From Candidatus Acidiferrum sp. (GTDB lineage: Bacteria; Acidobacteriota; Terriglobia; Terriglobales; Acidobacteriaceae), in contig DATNMU010000216.1 of assembly GCA_035602195.1 (NCBI GenBank), positions 4,853 to 68,852 on the forward strand: 64,000 bases of DNA, written 5' to 3'. Both the position numbers and the translations under genes were made by a program. This document shows, piece by piece, positions 20,051 through 31,457 of the stretch. Under the pieces are notes generated by a model. It worked only from the letters and a program-made list of their open reading frames with translations, was not told the DNA's origin and ran no database searches. How positions within the stretch are numbered: position 1 is the stretch's first letter; each line of letters opens with the position of its first letter.

Positions 20051-20230
20051 GGAGAGAGCATCGAGCCACTCAGTATTGTCATTCTGAGCGAAGCAAGCGT
20101 TTCGTCGAATGCGAAACGCTTGCGAAGTCGAAGGACCCCTTTCCTGCCATGAATCTAGTTGGGCAAGTCAGGGAGTTCTTCCGATGCTGTCGCTGGTGGG
20201 AACTGCAGTGAAGTTAGGGAAGAAACCAAC

Positions 20231-21505
20231 ATGATCAAAGCAGTCCGAGGCACTCGCGACCTTCTCCCGCCGGATACGGCGCTGTGGAACTTCGTCGAAT
20301 CCGCGGTGCGCGACGTCTTCCGCGCCTACAACTTCCAGGAAATTCGCACCCCCATCTTCGAATCCACGGAACTCTTCGCCCGCGGCGTCGGCGAAGACAC
20401 CGACATCGTTTCAAAGGAAATGTACACCTGGGAAGATCGCAGCCGAGCCGAAAGCGATCGGGGACAATCCCTCACCCTCCGCCCCGAAAATACCGCCGGC
20501 GTCGTTCGCGCCTACATCGAACACAAACTCTCCGATCGCGGCCTGCAGAAGCTCTACTACATCGGCCCGCAATTCCGCCGCGAGCGTCCGCAGAAAGGCC
20601 GCTACCGCCAGTTCTATCAAATCGGCGCCGAGGTCATTGGGCCGCCCTCAGCCGGCAGCGAATCTCCCGCGCGCGACGCCGAAATCCTGGAGATGCTCGC
20701 CACCTTGCTCGACCGCCTGGGAATCACCGGCTGGAATCTGGAATTAAACTCAGTTGGCTGCCCGGAAGACCGCGCAAGGTTCAACGAGGCTCTGCGCAAA
20801 GCTCTTGAGCCGGTCGTCGGAAAAATGTGCGTCGACTGCCAGCGCCGCGCCGCCACCAATCCCCTGCGCGTGTTCGATTGCAAAGTCCCCGAAGACCAGC
20901 CCATCATCGAAACCCTCCCCCGCATCAGCCAGTTTCTCGATGAAGGCTGCCGAAAACACTTTGACGCCGTTCAAGAAATTCTCGCCAAAGTAGGCGTTCG
21001 ATTCTCCTTAAACGACCGCCTCGTCCGCGGCCTCGACTACTACACCCGCACCGCCTTCGAATTCACCCACGGAGCCCTCGGGGCACAAAATGCAATCCTC
21101 GGCGGCGGCCGCTACGACGGACTCTCCGAGGCGCTGGGCGGTCCGCCAGCTCCGGGCATCGGATTCGCCATCGGTGAAGATCGCCTGGTGATGTCGCTGC
21201 AGGAATCAGCCGATCGCGTTTTGAAAAAGCCCGACGTCTATGTCGCCCCTCTAGGCACGGGCATGGACGCCGAAGCCGCCCGTCTGGCGCGCGAACTGCG
21301 CCGTCACGACCTGGTAATCGATCTGGGAGACGAAACCTTCCGCCTGAAGAAATCCTTTGAAGCCGCCACCAAAGCCGGAGCAAAATACATCTTGATCGTT
21401 GGCGAGAATGAAGTAAAAACTGACACCTTCGCGCTGAAGAATCTGGCGACAGGCGTGCAAATTTCAGTGCCGCGCGCGGAATTGGCAAAGAAAATTCAGG
21501 AGTAG
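20231..21505 (+). CDS. hisS: Histidine--tRNA ligase
   Basis: From the ATG at 20231: MIKAVRGTRDLLP...LRPENTAGVVRAY...YYIGPQFRRERPQKGRYRQFYQIG...GGGRYDGL. Class II HisRS motifs. Confidence 0.93.
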   Translation: MIKAVRGTRDLLPPDTALWNFVESAVRDVFRAYNFQEIRTPIFESTELFARGVGEDTDIVSKEMYTWEDRSRAESDRGQSLTLRPENTAGVVRAYIEHKLSDRGLQKLYYIGPQFRRERPQKGRYRQFYQIGAEVIGPPSAGSESPARDAEILEMLATLLDRLGITGWNLELNSVGCPEDRARFNEALRKALEPVVGKMCVDCQRRAATNPLRVFDCKVPEDQPIIETLPRISQFLDEGCRKHFDAVQEILAKVGVRFSLNDRLVRGLDYYTRTAFEFTHGALGAQNAILGGGRYDGLSEALGGPPAPGIGFAIGEDRLVMSLQESADRVLKKPDVYVAPLGTGMDAEAARLARELRRHDLVIDLGDETFRLKKSFEAATKAGAKYILIVGENEVKTDTFALKNLATGVQISVPRAELAKKIQE

Positions 21506-21523
21506 CCGTAGGCAGGATCAATC

Positions 21524-22069
21524 ATGGGAAGGATTCGTTCAGAAATTGACGATGTCGCCCGACGCTTCATCGAAGCGCAGAAAGTCTTTTTTGTCGCCTC
21601 TGCCCCGCTCGACCCCGCAGCCCACGTCAACCTCTCGCCCAAGGGTCACGACACCTTTCGCATTCTTGGCCCTACCACCGTCGCCTATCTCGATTTCAAC
21701 GGCAGCGGCATCGAGACCATCGCCCATCTAAAAGAAAACGGCAGAATCGTCCTGATGTTCTGCGCCTTCCAGGGCCCTCCCGATATTTTTCGTCTTTACG
21801 GTCATGGCCGCGTCATCGAGCTCGACCATCCAGAGTTTGCCGACCTTGCCGCTCACTTCCCCGCTTTCGAGAGCCTGCGTTCCATCATTGTGGTCACGGT
21901 CACGCGCGTGCAGGATTCCTGCGGGTACGGCGTTCCTCTTTTCAAGTTTGAAGGCGAGCGCACACAACTCCAAGCCTGGGCCCGCAAGCGTGGCGCCGAC
22001 GGTCTCAAGGCCTATCGCCAGGAGAAGAACCGAAAGAGTATCGATGGCCTTCCCGGCCTCTCGGAGTAG
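21524..22069 (+). CDS. Pyridoxamine 5'-phosphate oxidase family protein
   Basis: 181 aa. FFVASAP...HVNLSPKG...ENGRIVLMFCAF is typical of PNPOx-like split-barrel proteins. Confidence 0.7.
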   Translation: MGRIRSEIDDVARRFIEAQKVFFVASAPLDPAAHVNLSPKGHDTFRILGPTTVAYLDFNGSGIETIAHLKENGRIVLMFCAFQGPPDIFRLYGHGRVIELDHPEFADLAAHFPAFESLRSIIVVTVTRVQDSCGYGVPLFKFEGERTQLQAWARKRGADGLKAYRQEKNRKSIDGLPGLSE

Positions 22070-22106
22070 GATTTGTCAGCAGCAATTTTTCTCGTGAGGG
22101 ATCTCC

Positions 22107-22583
22107 ATGAAGATTTGCCGGCTGAATTGCGCAGTCCTCGTTGTGTTCGCCACTCTTCTTCCGGCGCTCGCGCAAGCTCCCGCTCCCACGAAACCGCTGA
22201 CTCCCTTGCAGCAATCTTTGATGGCCCGCGAGAAGAGCCTGATCGAGGCCAAGAAAAAAGATGATGCCGCCTTTTTCCGCCAGACCGTCAGCGACGATTT
22301 CTCACTCGTCGGCGTCGACGGAAAACTGCTGCAAGGCTCCGAAGCCGTCGGTGACCTGGGCGATTCCGGGTTAGTCGAGTTGACGCCTTATGACATGAAA
22401 GTGGTTCCCGCCGGCGACGCCGCGGCCATCGTCACCTATGACGCCATCGTTCGTAAAGCTCCCGAACAGGATCAGGGCCCTCCCCCCCGCTATCAGCATT
22501 TCAGTTCTTTCTGGGTAAAGCAGGGCGATGCCTGGAAGCTGAACTTCCACCAAGCCACCCCCACCCACTGGGGAGACTGGTAA
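22107..22583 (+). CDS. Secreted SnoaL/DUF4440-like (NTF2 fold) protein
   Basis: Signal peptide MKICRLNCAVLVVFATLLPALAQA. The C-terminus ends in the WKL...HQATP pattern common in DUF4440 proteins. Confidence 0.55.
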   Translation: MKICRLNCAVLVVFATLLPALAQAPAPTKPLTPLQQSLMAREKSLIEAKKKDDAAFFRQTVSDDFSLVGVDGKLLQGSEAVGDLGDSGLVELTPYDMKVVPAGDAAAIVTYDAIVRKAPEQDQGPPPRYQHFSSFWVKQGDAWKLNFHQATPTHWGDW

Positions 22584-22761
22584 GAAGCTCTCCTCATCCA
22601 AGGCTTTCCTTCGTGTACCTTCGTGTCCTTCGTGGTAAGAAGCCTTTTACTCGCCCAAACCACGAGCCGCTACCAGAAAAGCCTCTCCGCCGTCTCTCTT
22701 TCAGTGGTACCCCAAATCTGATACCGTCATTGGCAGCAAAATCCATGGCGAGGAGGCTTTC

Positions 22762-23295
22762 ATGAAAACAACGGGGTTGATTTTAGCGGCGGCTTTGTTG
22801 CTGACGGTTGCGGCCACGGCCACGGCGCAGACGGCCCCTCCCAAGCCCGGCCCCGAACTCAAGAAACTGAATGTCTTTGTCGGTGGCTGGTCCCTCGAAG
22901 GAAACATGAAGCCCGGAAGCATGGGACCCGGCGGATCCATCAGCGAGAACGAGAAGTGCGAGTGGATGGAGGGCGGCTTTTACCTGGTGTGCAACTCCGA
23001 ATACAAGAGCTCAATGGGCAACGGCGTGGGACTGGCGGTCATGGGCTACTCCGCCGACGACAAAGCCTACACCTATCGCGAGTTCAACAGCTTCGGCGAA
23101 TTCGAGGATTCGCGAGGAACCGTCGATGGCGACACCTGGAGCTGGACCTCCGACGAAAAAATGGGCGCTACCACCATGAAGGCACGATTCACCATGAAAT
23201 TCGTTTCCCCAACTTCCTACACCTTCAGCTTCGAAATGTCCCCCGACGGAACCAAGTGGTCGGAAGTCATGGACGGCAAAGCCACCAAAAAATAG
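22762..23295 (+). CDS. Secreted DUF1579-like protein
   Basis: Signal peptide MKTTGLILAAALLLTVAATATAQ, then PELKKLNVFVGGWSLEG...MGYSADDKAYTYREFNSFGE. This resembles the DUF1579 family; called from memory. Confidence 0.5.
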   Translation: MKTTGLILAAALLLTVAATATAQTAPPKPGPELKKLNVFVGGWSLEGNMKPGSMGPGGSISENEKCEWMEGGFYLVCNSEYKSSMGNGVGLAVMGYSADDKAYTYREFNSFGEFEDSRGTVDGDTWSWTSDEKMGATTMKARFTMKFVSPTSYTFSFEMSPDGTKWSEVMDGKATKK

Positions 23296-23543
23296 ATCAC
23301 CGGCGGCTTTGAAAGACTGCGGGCTGCAGCCGGGCCCGCTCCCCTTGGAGCCGGTAGTGCGTAGATTCGACGCCCATTTCACAGGCGTCATCCCGAGCGC
23401 AGCCGCTTTACAGGCGGAGCGAGGGATCTCGCACTCCTACTTTTTCATAGGATCACCACTAGCAGCGCTTTAGCCCCTGTCAACGCACCCACCGTTTATA
23501 ATCTCCAGTTCCACATTCTTCCGCACTCACATAAGGACAAAAC

Positions 23544-25421
<1,878 letters not shown>

Positions 25422-25461
25422 TCGCTCATCAAAGAAATGTTCTTTGGGGGAATAAGAGAAC

Positions 25462-25689
25462 TTGTCTTCCTGAGCGAGGAATTTGTTTTGCGGTAGCAAA
25501 GCAAATCCGCAGTCCAAAGCCTGCCCTGAGCGAAGCCGAAGGGGATCCCTTGCGCCCCAAAAGCACTCGAACCCAGCAGAGGAATTCGCTCCCCAGTTTC
25601 AGCGCCGTCGGCTCGGCGCTTTTGGGTGGCGCAGCGCTTTAGCGCTGCGATTAAGATTCCCAAAACCCACCGGCTTTAGCCGCTGAGGT
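25462..25689. repeat. Composite of a family A-variant element (25462-25552) and a family C element (25620-25689) in the aspS/cmk convergent spacer
   Basis: 25462-25552 is about 90% identical to the reverse complement of 46813-46903. 25620-25689 (ttttgggtggcgcagcgctttagcgctgcg...ggctttagccgctgaggt) recurs at 32747-32819, 37598-37670 and 46636-46708 (inverted). Confidence 0.9.
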
Positions 25690-25745
25690 ACCCCAGGGGC
25701 TGGAACCTGGCTTGGTAACAATTTTTTTCAGCGCTGCAAAGCGAC

Positions 25746-26441
25746 CTATCCCCCCAGCTTCTCCCTGGCCAACTCCTCCGCTCTCTCCAGCACCTCATCC
25801 TCCCCCATCTTCGTCGAATCAATCACCACCGCATCACTCGCCGCCTGCAGCGGAGACGCTGCCCGCGTCCGGTCTCTTCGGTCCCGCTCCCGCAGATCCG
25901 CCGCCACCTTCTCCGCCACTTCCCCTTTAATCTTCTGCTGCTCCATCCTTCGCTGCTCGCGCACCACCGGATCGGCATCCAGAAAAATCTTCAAATCCGC
26001 ATCGGGAAAAACTTTCGTCCCAATGTCGCGTCCTTCCATCACCACCCCGCCGCCCGCGCCCATCTCGCGCTGCCGCGCTACCATCCACGCCCGCACCTCC
26101 GGATGCACCGATACCCGCGACGCCGCCTCCGTAACATCGCGCTCGCGAATGCGCGCCGAAACGTCCTGCCCATCCAGGAAAGTCCGGTTCCCTCCCATCG
26201 TCGGCTCAAGCTTTATGCGCGATTCCTGCGCCAGCTTCAGCAGCGCCGCTTCGTCGTCGAACGACGCGTCATTGTCAATCGCCTTCAGCGCCAGTGCCCG
26301 GTACATGGCGCCGCTTTCCAGGTTGACGTAGCCAAATTTTCGCGCCAGCCGCGACGCAATGGTGCTCTTGCCCGCGCCCGCCGGGCCGTCGATGGCGATG
26401 ATGAGTTTGCGCTCAGAGTGGGGAATGGGGATATCGGTCAT
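25746..26441 (-). CDS. cmk: Cytidylate kinase
   Basis: From the ATG at 26441: MTDIPIPHSERKLIIAIDGPAGAGKSTIASRLA...MEGRDIGTKVFPDADLKIFL. The upstream 40 codons of the tracked ORF look non-coding. Confidence 0.9.
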   Translation of the reverse strand: MTDIPIPHSERKLIIAIDGPAGAGKSTIASRLARKFGYVNLESGAMYRALALKAIDNDASFDDEAALLKLAQESRIKLEPTMGGNRTFLDGQDVSARIRERDVTEAASRVSVHPEVRAWMVARQREMGAGGGVVMEGRDIGTKVFPDADLKIFLDADPVVREQRRMEQQKIKGEVAEKVAADLRERDRRDRTRAASPLQAASDAVVIDSTKMGEDEVLERAEELAREKLGG

Positions 26442-26580
26442 TGAACAAGTAGATGATTGTACACGCACTCCGTTCCCCGCAGCCCGTGTGCCCCGCAGAC
26501 AAAAATTTAACAAACAAGTGACCGCCGCCACGCATCTTCCTTCGTGATTCCAACGTCTCATAGCACATACGTTGAAAGCG

Positions 26581-26640
26581 ATTCATGGTTCATAGATTCA
26601 TGGTTCATAGATTCATGGTTCACAGATTTATCGTTCATAG
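26581..26640. repeat. Tandem repeat, 4 x 15 bp (attcatggttcatag)
   Basis: attcatggttcatag attcatggttcatag attcatggttcacag atttatcgttcatag. Confidence 0.95.
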
Positions 26641-26742
26641 ATGTTGCCGCTTTGTAACGCTGTTGGCGCAGAGCACAGTGGGCGAACCTGCCCCTGTAAT
26701 GCGGCAGTCCGGTTGCAAGCCCGGACAGTGAAGGAGGGTCGC

Positions 26743-26937
26743 ATGTTGAAAATCGCATGGCGCAATCCGCATCCGCCGGCAAGAAGAACCCTGATGATCG
26801 AGGAGGTCTTTTCCGACGAATTAACCTCCGCCCCCATGTGGGTGATTTTCTATCACACCATCGTGGCCTCGGGCGCTCCGGAAAACGAATACCAACTACT
26901 GGTGAATCGGAAATTCGGACGGCCGATCGCCGTCTGA
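26743..26937 (+). CDS. Hypothetical 64-aa protein with a strong SD
   Basis: gaaggagggtcgcATG precedes MLKIAWRNPHPPARRTLMIEEVFSDELTSAPMWVIFYHTIVASGAPENEYQLLVNRKFGRPIAV. A second small ORF (26968-27141, 57 aa, MSAIAQLDYVSDEVIY...) follows. No recognised family. Confidence 0.35.
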   Translation: MLKIAWRNPHPPARRTLMIEEVFSDELTSAPMWVIFYHTIVASGAPENEYQLLVNRKFGRPIAV

Positions 26938-27169
26938 TCGGAAACAGGAAGGATAAAAGGTGTAGGGATGTCTGCAATCGCACAACTCGATTATGTGTCT
27001 GACGAAGTTATCTACACATTAGCTCGGCGGGTCATTGTCTACAGCATGTGGGAGTTCGACCGCGTTTGGGAATCGGCGAATAGAATTTGCGATCGTCACC
27101 AGGTAAATTGCGATTCTCGCCCGCTCCAGAAGGTCAGTTGACGCTCCACGATTCCGCGCAGCCGGCAAT

Positions 27170-28051
27170 CTATCTCACCGCCCGTTGCGGCCTTGGGGTC
27201 GGAACCGCCGGTTCCTTCTCCGGCGTGATCTGCAGCATCGACCTCCCGCTCACATGCACAAAGCTCAGCTCGCGCGCCGCCAGCAGCGCGTTTACCGCTT
27301 CCTTCACTCGCGACCGCGCCACAAAATTTCCAAAAAAACTTTCCAGCTCACTCTGATCCGCCGCGACCACGCAGTCCAGATATTTCGACAGCAGCGCCGA
27401 GAGCGCCTGCTGCACCGAAAGCCCCACTCCCTCCCGCACCGCATCCGGCGACCAGCGGTACAGCACATCCCAGAACGACCCTTCGTCCGCTTTGTAGTCC
27501 ACGCGCGTGATGCGCAGCTTCGCCAGCAACTCGCCCAAAGCCTTATCCAGCGCGGGCAGTGAGACGCTCCCACCCAGCGCCTCCTGCAACTTCTGTTTCG
27601 CAATGGGCCCGTTGCGTTCGATCAAAGCAAACGCGTCGCAAGCCAGCGGCGAATACGCCGAGCGCGGCCCCTGCTTCGGAGCCAGCTTCGGATTGCGCTC
27701 CCCCACCAGCGCATAAAAAAAGGGAAAGGCCGAGGCCGCCACCAGGAACGCGTTGTTCTCTTCAAAAACATTCGCTTCGTACGCCGAGCGCTCGCGCAAC
27801 AGCCGCACCATCAGCTCCGTCGCCGCCACCGCCCGCGGATCGGAATAAGCGTGCTGCCACGTCGGCAGGCGGTTGTCCGACCCCACAAACGCGCCAATAA
27901 ACGTCGGTACGGGCACGCTCGGCCGCACCGGATACATCAGGCAAAACCCCACCGCCTCCACGAACGCGCGCGCCTCCTCAATGGTCCGGATGGGCTTTCC
28001 ATCCAGCCGCCACTTCTCGCGCCGCAGTTGCTGTAGTTCCTGTTCGGTCAT
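27170..28051 (-). CDS. Conserved hypothetical protein (possibly winged-helix containing)
   Basis: 293 aa. MTEQELQQLRREKWRLDGKPIRTIEEARAFVEAVGFCLMYP... Clean coding composition, but I cannot assign a family. Confidence 0.55.
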   Translation of the reverse strand: MTEQELQQLRREKWRLDGKPIRTIEEARAFVEAVGFCLMYPVRPSVPVPTFIGAFVGSDNRLPTWQHAYSDPRAVAATELMVRLLRERSAYEANVFEENNAFLVAASAFPFFYALVGERNPKLAPKQGPRSAYSPLACDAFALIERNGPIAKQKLQEALGGSVSLPALDKALGELLAKLRITRVDYKADEGSFWDVLYRWSPDAVREGVGLSVQQALSALLSKYLDCVVAADQSELESFFGNFVARSRVKEAVNALLAARELSFVHVSGRSMLQITPEKEPAVPTPRPQRAVR

Positions 28052-28143
28052 AAACAGTCTGTGAACGTAGCTGTCAGCTCTGCACTTGCGCAGTCGCCTT
28101 ACGGAAGGCTAAGAGCTAAGAGCTAGCAGCTAACAGCTGACAG

Positions 28144-30189
28144 CTAGATCCTCTTAAACGCCCTCTGAATCTCCCTTACAGAATACCGCAGAACCACCGG
28201 CCTCCCGTGCGGACAAGCCATGGGATGATCCGTCTTCGCCAGTTCCGCCAGCAACCACTCCATTTTATTTTGCTCCAGCGGCATGTTCACTTTGATGGCT
28301 GCATGGCAGGCGATCGACGCGGCAATCCGTCCCCGAATTTTTTCCAGATTCAGCGACTGCTCCTCCCGCGAAATTTCATCCAGCAACTCATGTAGCATGC
28401 GCTCGACCGCCGCTGCATCCACTCCAGCGGGCGCAACTTTTACCGCCACGCTGCGCGCCCCAAACGGTTCCGCTTCAAATCCGTTATGTTCCAGCTCTCC
28501 GGCAATCTCGGAAAATATCGCCTGCTGCGCCGGAGACAGTTCCAGCACAATCGGCATCAGCAGACGCTGGCTTTCCACTTTCTTCACCGCGCGTTGCTTC
28601 AGAATCCTCTCGAACAAAACTCGCTCGTGCGCCACATGCTGGTCCACAATCCACAATCCATCTTCATTGACCGCGAGAATAAAGGAATTTCGAATCTGCC
28701 CCAGCGGACGCAGCGTCGCCAGTGCGTCCAGCGTCGGCTCTCCCCGAACATTTTCCGCGACATCAAGTTCCCCACCGCACCCGTTATCCGGAACCGTTTC
28801 GGCAAAGTGCGATTCCAACCCGCGCGCCACCGGAATCGCGGCATTCGCCTCGACCGCAATTCCCCCTTCAAACTGAAAGCGCGCCGAAACCGGCGGCGGC
28901 ACCGCCGCCTGCAACGCGAATCCGCTGCCCGCGTTTTCGTAACCTGAGTTTTCGCAACCCGGATTTCCATAGGAAGCTCGCGACGCGCCCGCATCTTCGT
29001 GTGAAGCCCGCTCCGTACCCGCGTCCCAATCCCGCGCTCCCGGCGTGAGCCCCGAACTCGCTGTAGCGCGCGCATGAATCTCCGTCGTGAACTGCGGCGC
29101 CGGACGTGCCTTCATCAGCGCCGCCCTCACCGTGTCCCGCACAAAATCGTGCATCACCGTCGATTGCCGGAAGCGCACCTCCGTCTTCGAGGGATGCACA
29201 TTCACATCCACCTCGCCCGCTGGCATTTCCAGAAACAGCAGCACCACCGGATAAACCGAAGGCGGAATAATATTGCGATAAGCCTCCGTCAGCCCGTGCT
29301 GAATCAGCCGGTCGCGAATCAAACGCCCGTTCACAAACACATAAATCGAATTGCGATTCAGCTTCTGAATCTCCGGCTTCGAAACAAACCCGTGCAGCCG
29401 CATTTCCCCCGGCGTAGGGCGGGCACCCACACCCTCGTCATCCTGATTTTCTTCTTCCTGCCTCCTCCACGGCGGAGGCTGCGGCAACCCCACGCGCTCC
29501 AGTGCCTGCACCGCCGCCACGGCAATCAGTTGATCCAAAGTCTCTTTGCCGAATACCTGATAAACCCGCTCGCTGTATCCCGCCACCGGCGGTGCCACCA
29601 GCATGGCATTGCTCGTCGTATGCAACTCAAAATGCTTTTCCGGATGCGCCAGCGCATAGTGCGTAACCAGCGAGGCAATGTGTGAAAGTTCGGTCGACTC
29701 CGCTTTCAAAAACTTTTTCCGCGCCGGAGTATTAAAAAAAAGGTCGCGCACCGTAATCGAAGTACCCTCCGGCAATCCCGCCTCTTCCACCCGCGCCATC
29801 TTCCCGCCATTGATCTCGATCACGGTCCCGGAAGCCGATCCCGCATCCCGTGTCTCCAATCGCAGTCGCGCGACCGACGCAATCGAAGGCAGCGCCTCCC
29901 CTCGAAATCCCAGAGTGGACACGCTCAACAGATCTTCCGCATCTTTAAGCTTCGACGTCGCGTGCCGCTCAAAAGCCAGCATGGCATCGTCGCGCACCAT
30001 GCCGCACCCGTTATCCGTAATCTGAATGAGCTTTTTTCCCCCCGCCTCCACCGTAATCTTGATGCGGCTCGCGCCCGCGTCCAGCGCGTTCTCCAGCAAC
30101 TCCTTCACCACCGAAGCAGGCCGCTCCACCACCTCGCCCGCCGCGATCTTATTGGCAACCTGCTCGGAAAGTACGTGAATGCGCCCCAT
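28144..30189 (-). CDS. mutL: DNA mismatch repair protein MutL
   Basis: 681 aa. IAAGEVVERPASVVKELLENALDAG, DNGCGM, GFRGEAL. Long low-complexity linker. C-terminal dimerisation/endonuclease domain (DQHVAHERVLFE...CPHGRP). Confidence 0.93.
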   Translation of the reverse strand: MGRIHVLSEQVANKIAAGEVVERPASVVKELLENALDAGASRIKITVEAGGKKLIQITDNGCGMVRDDAMLAFERHATSKLKDAEDLLSVSTLGFRGEALPSIASVARLRLETRDAGSASGTVIEINGGKMARVEEAGLPEGTSITVRDLFFNTPARKKFLKAESTELSHIASLVTHYALAHPEKHFELHTTSNAMLVAPPVAGYSERVYQVFGKETLDQLIAVAAVQALERVGLPQPPPWRRQEEENQDDEGVGARPTPGEMRLHGFVSKPEIQKLNRNSIYVFVNGRLIRDRLIQHGLTEAYRNIIPPSVYPVVLLFLEMPAGEVDVNVHPSKTEVRFRQSTVMHDFVRDTVRAALMKARPAPQFTTEIHARATASSGLTPGARDWDAGTERASHEDAGASRASYGNPGCENSGYENAGSGFALQAAVPPPVSARFQFEGGIAVEANAAIPVARGLESHFAETVPDNGCGGELDVAENVRGEPTLDALATLRPLGQIRNSFILAVNEDGLWIVDQHVAHERVLFERILKQRAVKKVESQRLLMPIVLELSPAQQAIFSEIAGELEHNGFEAEPFGARSVAVKVAPAGVDAAAVERMLHELLDEISREEQSLNLEKIRGRIAASIACHAAIKVNMPLEQNKMEWLLAELAKTDHPMACPHGRPVVLRYSVREIQRAFKRI

Positions 30190-30394
30190 GGGAGGTTCTC
30201 AATTCCACTGTAAGGAATAGCGCCCAGTTTCGCAGATGCCAACCCGGAAGGCAAAATCATCCGTGCACGGAAGGCGGGTGCAAGAATCCCTTTACAGAAA
30301 AGCCGTACCCGAGAAACGGCCGGGGGGCCCAACAGCCCTGCCTCGTTTGCCAAGCGTGGGAATCCATATTCCTGCGTACCTCGCAGAAATCGCT

Positions 30395-30416
30395 TTGTGA
30401 TGCTACAATGTATCAC
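30395..30416 (+). promoter_or_regulatory. Candidate promoter/operator: extended -10 (TGcTACAAT, 30401-30409) embedded in the palindrome TGTGAT-N10-ATCACA
   Basis: tgtgatgctacaatgtatcaca lies immediately before ATG 30417 of the antitoxin gene. The geometry implies a leaderless or near-leaderless transcript. Confidence 0.3.
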
Positions 30417-30659
30417 ATGAAAAAAGCTTCAGTCCGCGACCTCCGCTACGCCTTCACGAAGATCGAGCGCCTTTTACGTCAGGGCGAAGAGGTCCAAATC
30501 ACCAAGCGCCGCCGCGTCATTGCCCGCCTGGTCCCCGAAACTGCGGAAGGCCCGAAAGAAATACCGGATTTCCTGGCGCGCCTGCACTCAATCTACGGCG
30601 ACAAGGTTCTGGCCGTGACTGCAGCCGACCTGCTGGCCTCCGATCGGAACCGATATTGA
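30417..30659 (+). CDS. Phd/YefM-like antitoxin of a VapBC-type pair
   Basis: MKKASVRDLRYAFTKIERLLRQGEEVQITKRRRVIARLVPE...; the stop overlaps the start of the PIN gene. The tracked ORF starts at 30408, inside the putative -10 box. Confidence 0.75.
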   Translation: MKKASVRDLRYAFTKIERLLRQGEEVQITKRRRVIARLVPETAEGPKEIPDFLARLHSIYGDKVLAVTAADLLASDRNRY

Positions 30660-31084
30660 AGGTTTACGCGGATCCCAGCTTCGTCGTGTCGCTCTATAGC
30701 CCGGATGCGAACTCCATCTCCGCCGCCCGCACCATGCAAGCATCCTCTGGCGATCGCCTTCTTACTACGTTCGGAGAACTCGAAATCATCAATGCGATGG
30801 GTCTACGGGTTTTTCGCAATGAGATTTCTCTGGCCCAGTCCCGGTCCTCATTAGGCGCCTTCGAGATAGACTTGTGCGACGGGGTTTTCCTCGTCCGGAA
30901 TCTCGCCGATTCGATTCTCGAACGAGCCCGCCAATTATCGTTGCAAACCACCGCCAAGTTAGGCACCCGCTCTGCCGATTTGTTGCACGTGGCAGCGGCA
31001 ATCGAGCTGGGCGCAGATTGCATCTTCACCTTCGATCAGCATCATCGAAAGCTCGCCCAAACTCTCCGCCTAAAGCTCAACTAA
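30656..31084 (+). CDS. vapC: PIN-domain toxin VapC
   Basis: 142 aa. VYADPSFVVSLY...GELEIINAM...RSADLLHVAAAIELGADCIFTFDQ shows the PIN acidic residue pattern. 4-nt overlap with the antitoxin gene. Confidence 0.8.
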   Translation: MKVYADPSFVVSLYSPDANSISAARTMQASSGDRLLTTFGELEIINAMGLRVFRNEISLAQSRSSLGAFEIDLCDGVFLVRNLADSILERARQLSLQTTAKLGTRSADLLHVAAAIELGADCIFTFDQHHRKLAQTLRLKLN

Positions 31085-31259
31085 CTCCCAGTTGGAGTTT
31101 CCTTCACAATCTTCCGCGTTCATTGGCACGGCGACGAATCCGCGCGATTCCACGCCATCGCAGGATCCCCGCAACTTTTTCCCCACTTCCCCTTGACTTC
31201 CCGTAAAATCCTTGTAATAACTATTCGGTCCTTCCGGACGGGTTTGGGGGTGTGTCTAT

Positions 31260-31457
31260 TTGGCGGAAATTCGACTGCAAGAGGGTGAATCCCTCGAAAA
31301 CGCTCTGCGCCGTTTTAAGCGCAAAGTGCAGCAGGAAGACATTATTAAGGAAGTGAAACGCCACTCCTTTTACCTCAAGCCAGGTGAGAAAAAACGCGTC
31401 AAGGCCGCATTAGCTCGCAAGCGCGCTCGTAAAAAAGTTCGCAAAGAGCAGGATTGA
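31260..31457 (+). CDS. rpsU: 30S ribosomal protein S21
   Basis: TTG start. MAEIRLQEGESLENALRRFKRKVQQEDIIKEVKRHSFYLKPGEKKR... Confidence 0.9.
   Translation: MAEIRLQEGESLENALRRFKRKVQQEDIIKEVKRHSFYLKPGEKKRVKAALARKRARKKVRKEQD

Noticed and set aside
26581-26640. Possible CRISPR array (regular short repeats here, at 11567-11700 and at 32640-32759)
   Set aside because: The units are 15 bp and directly abutting, with no unique spacers. No cas genes lie in the window. These are plain tandem repeats.
26558-26983. 141-aa minus-strand ORF ending ...VNHESMNHESMNHESLSTYVL
   Set aside because: The C-terminus is just the translated 15-bp tandem repeat, and the rest is Arg/Ser/Pro-rich. It also conflicts with the SD-preceded plus-strand mini-ORF.
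28900-29060. Possible repeat-element insertion in the MutL linker (ENAGYENSGCENPGYG-type sequence)
   Set aside because: The MutL interdomain linker is naturally long, variable and low-complexity. I could not match the DNA convincingly to any of the intergenic repeat families.
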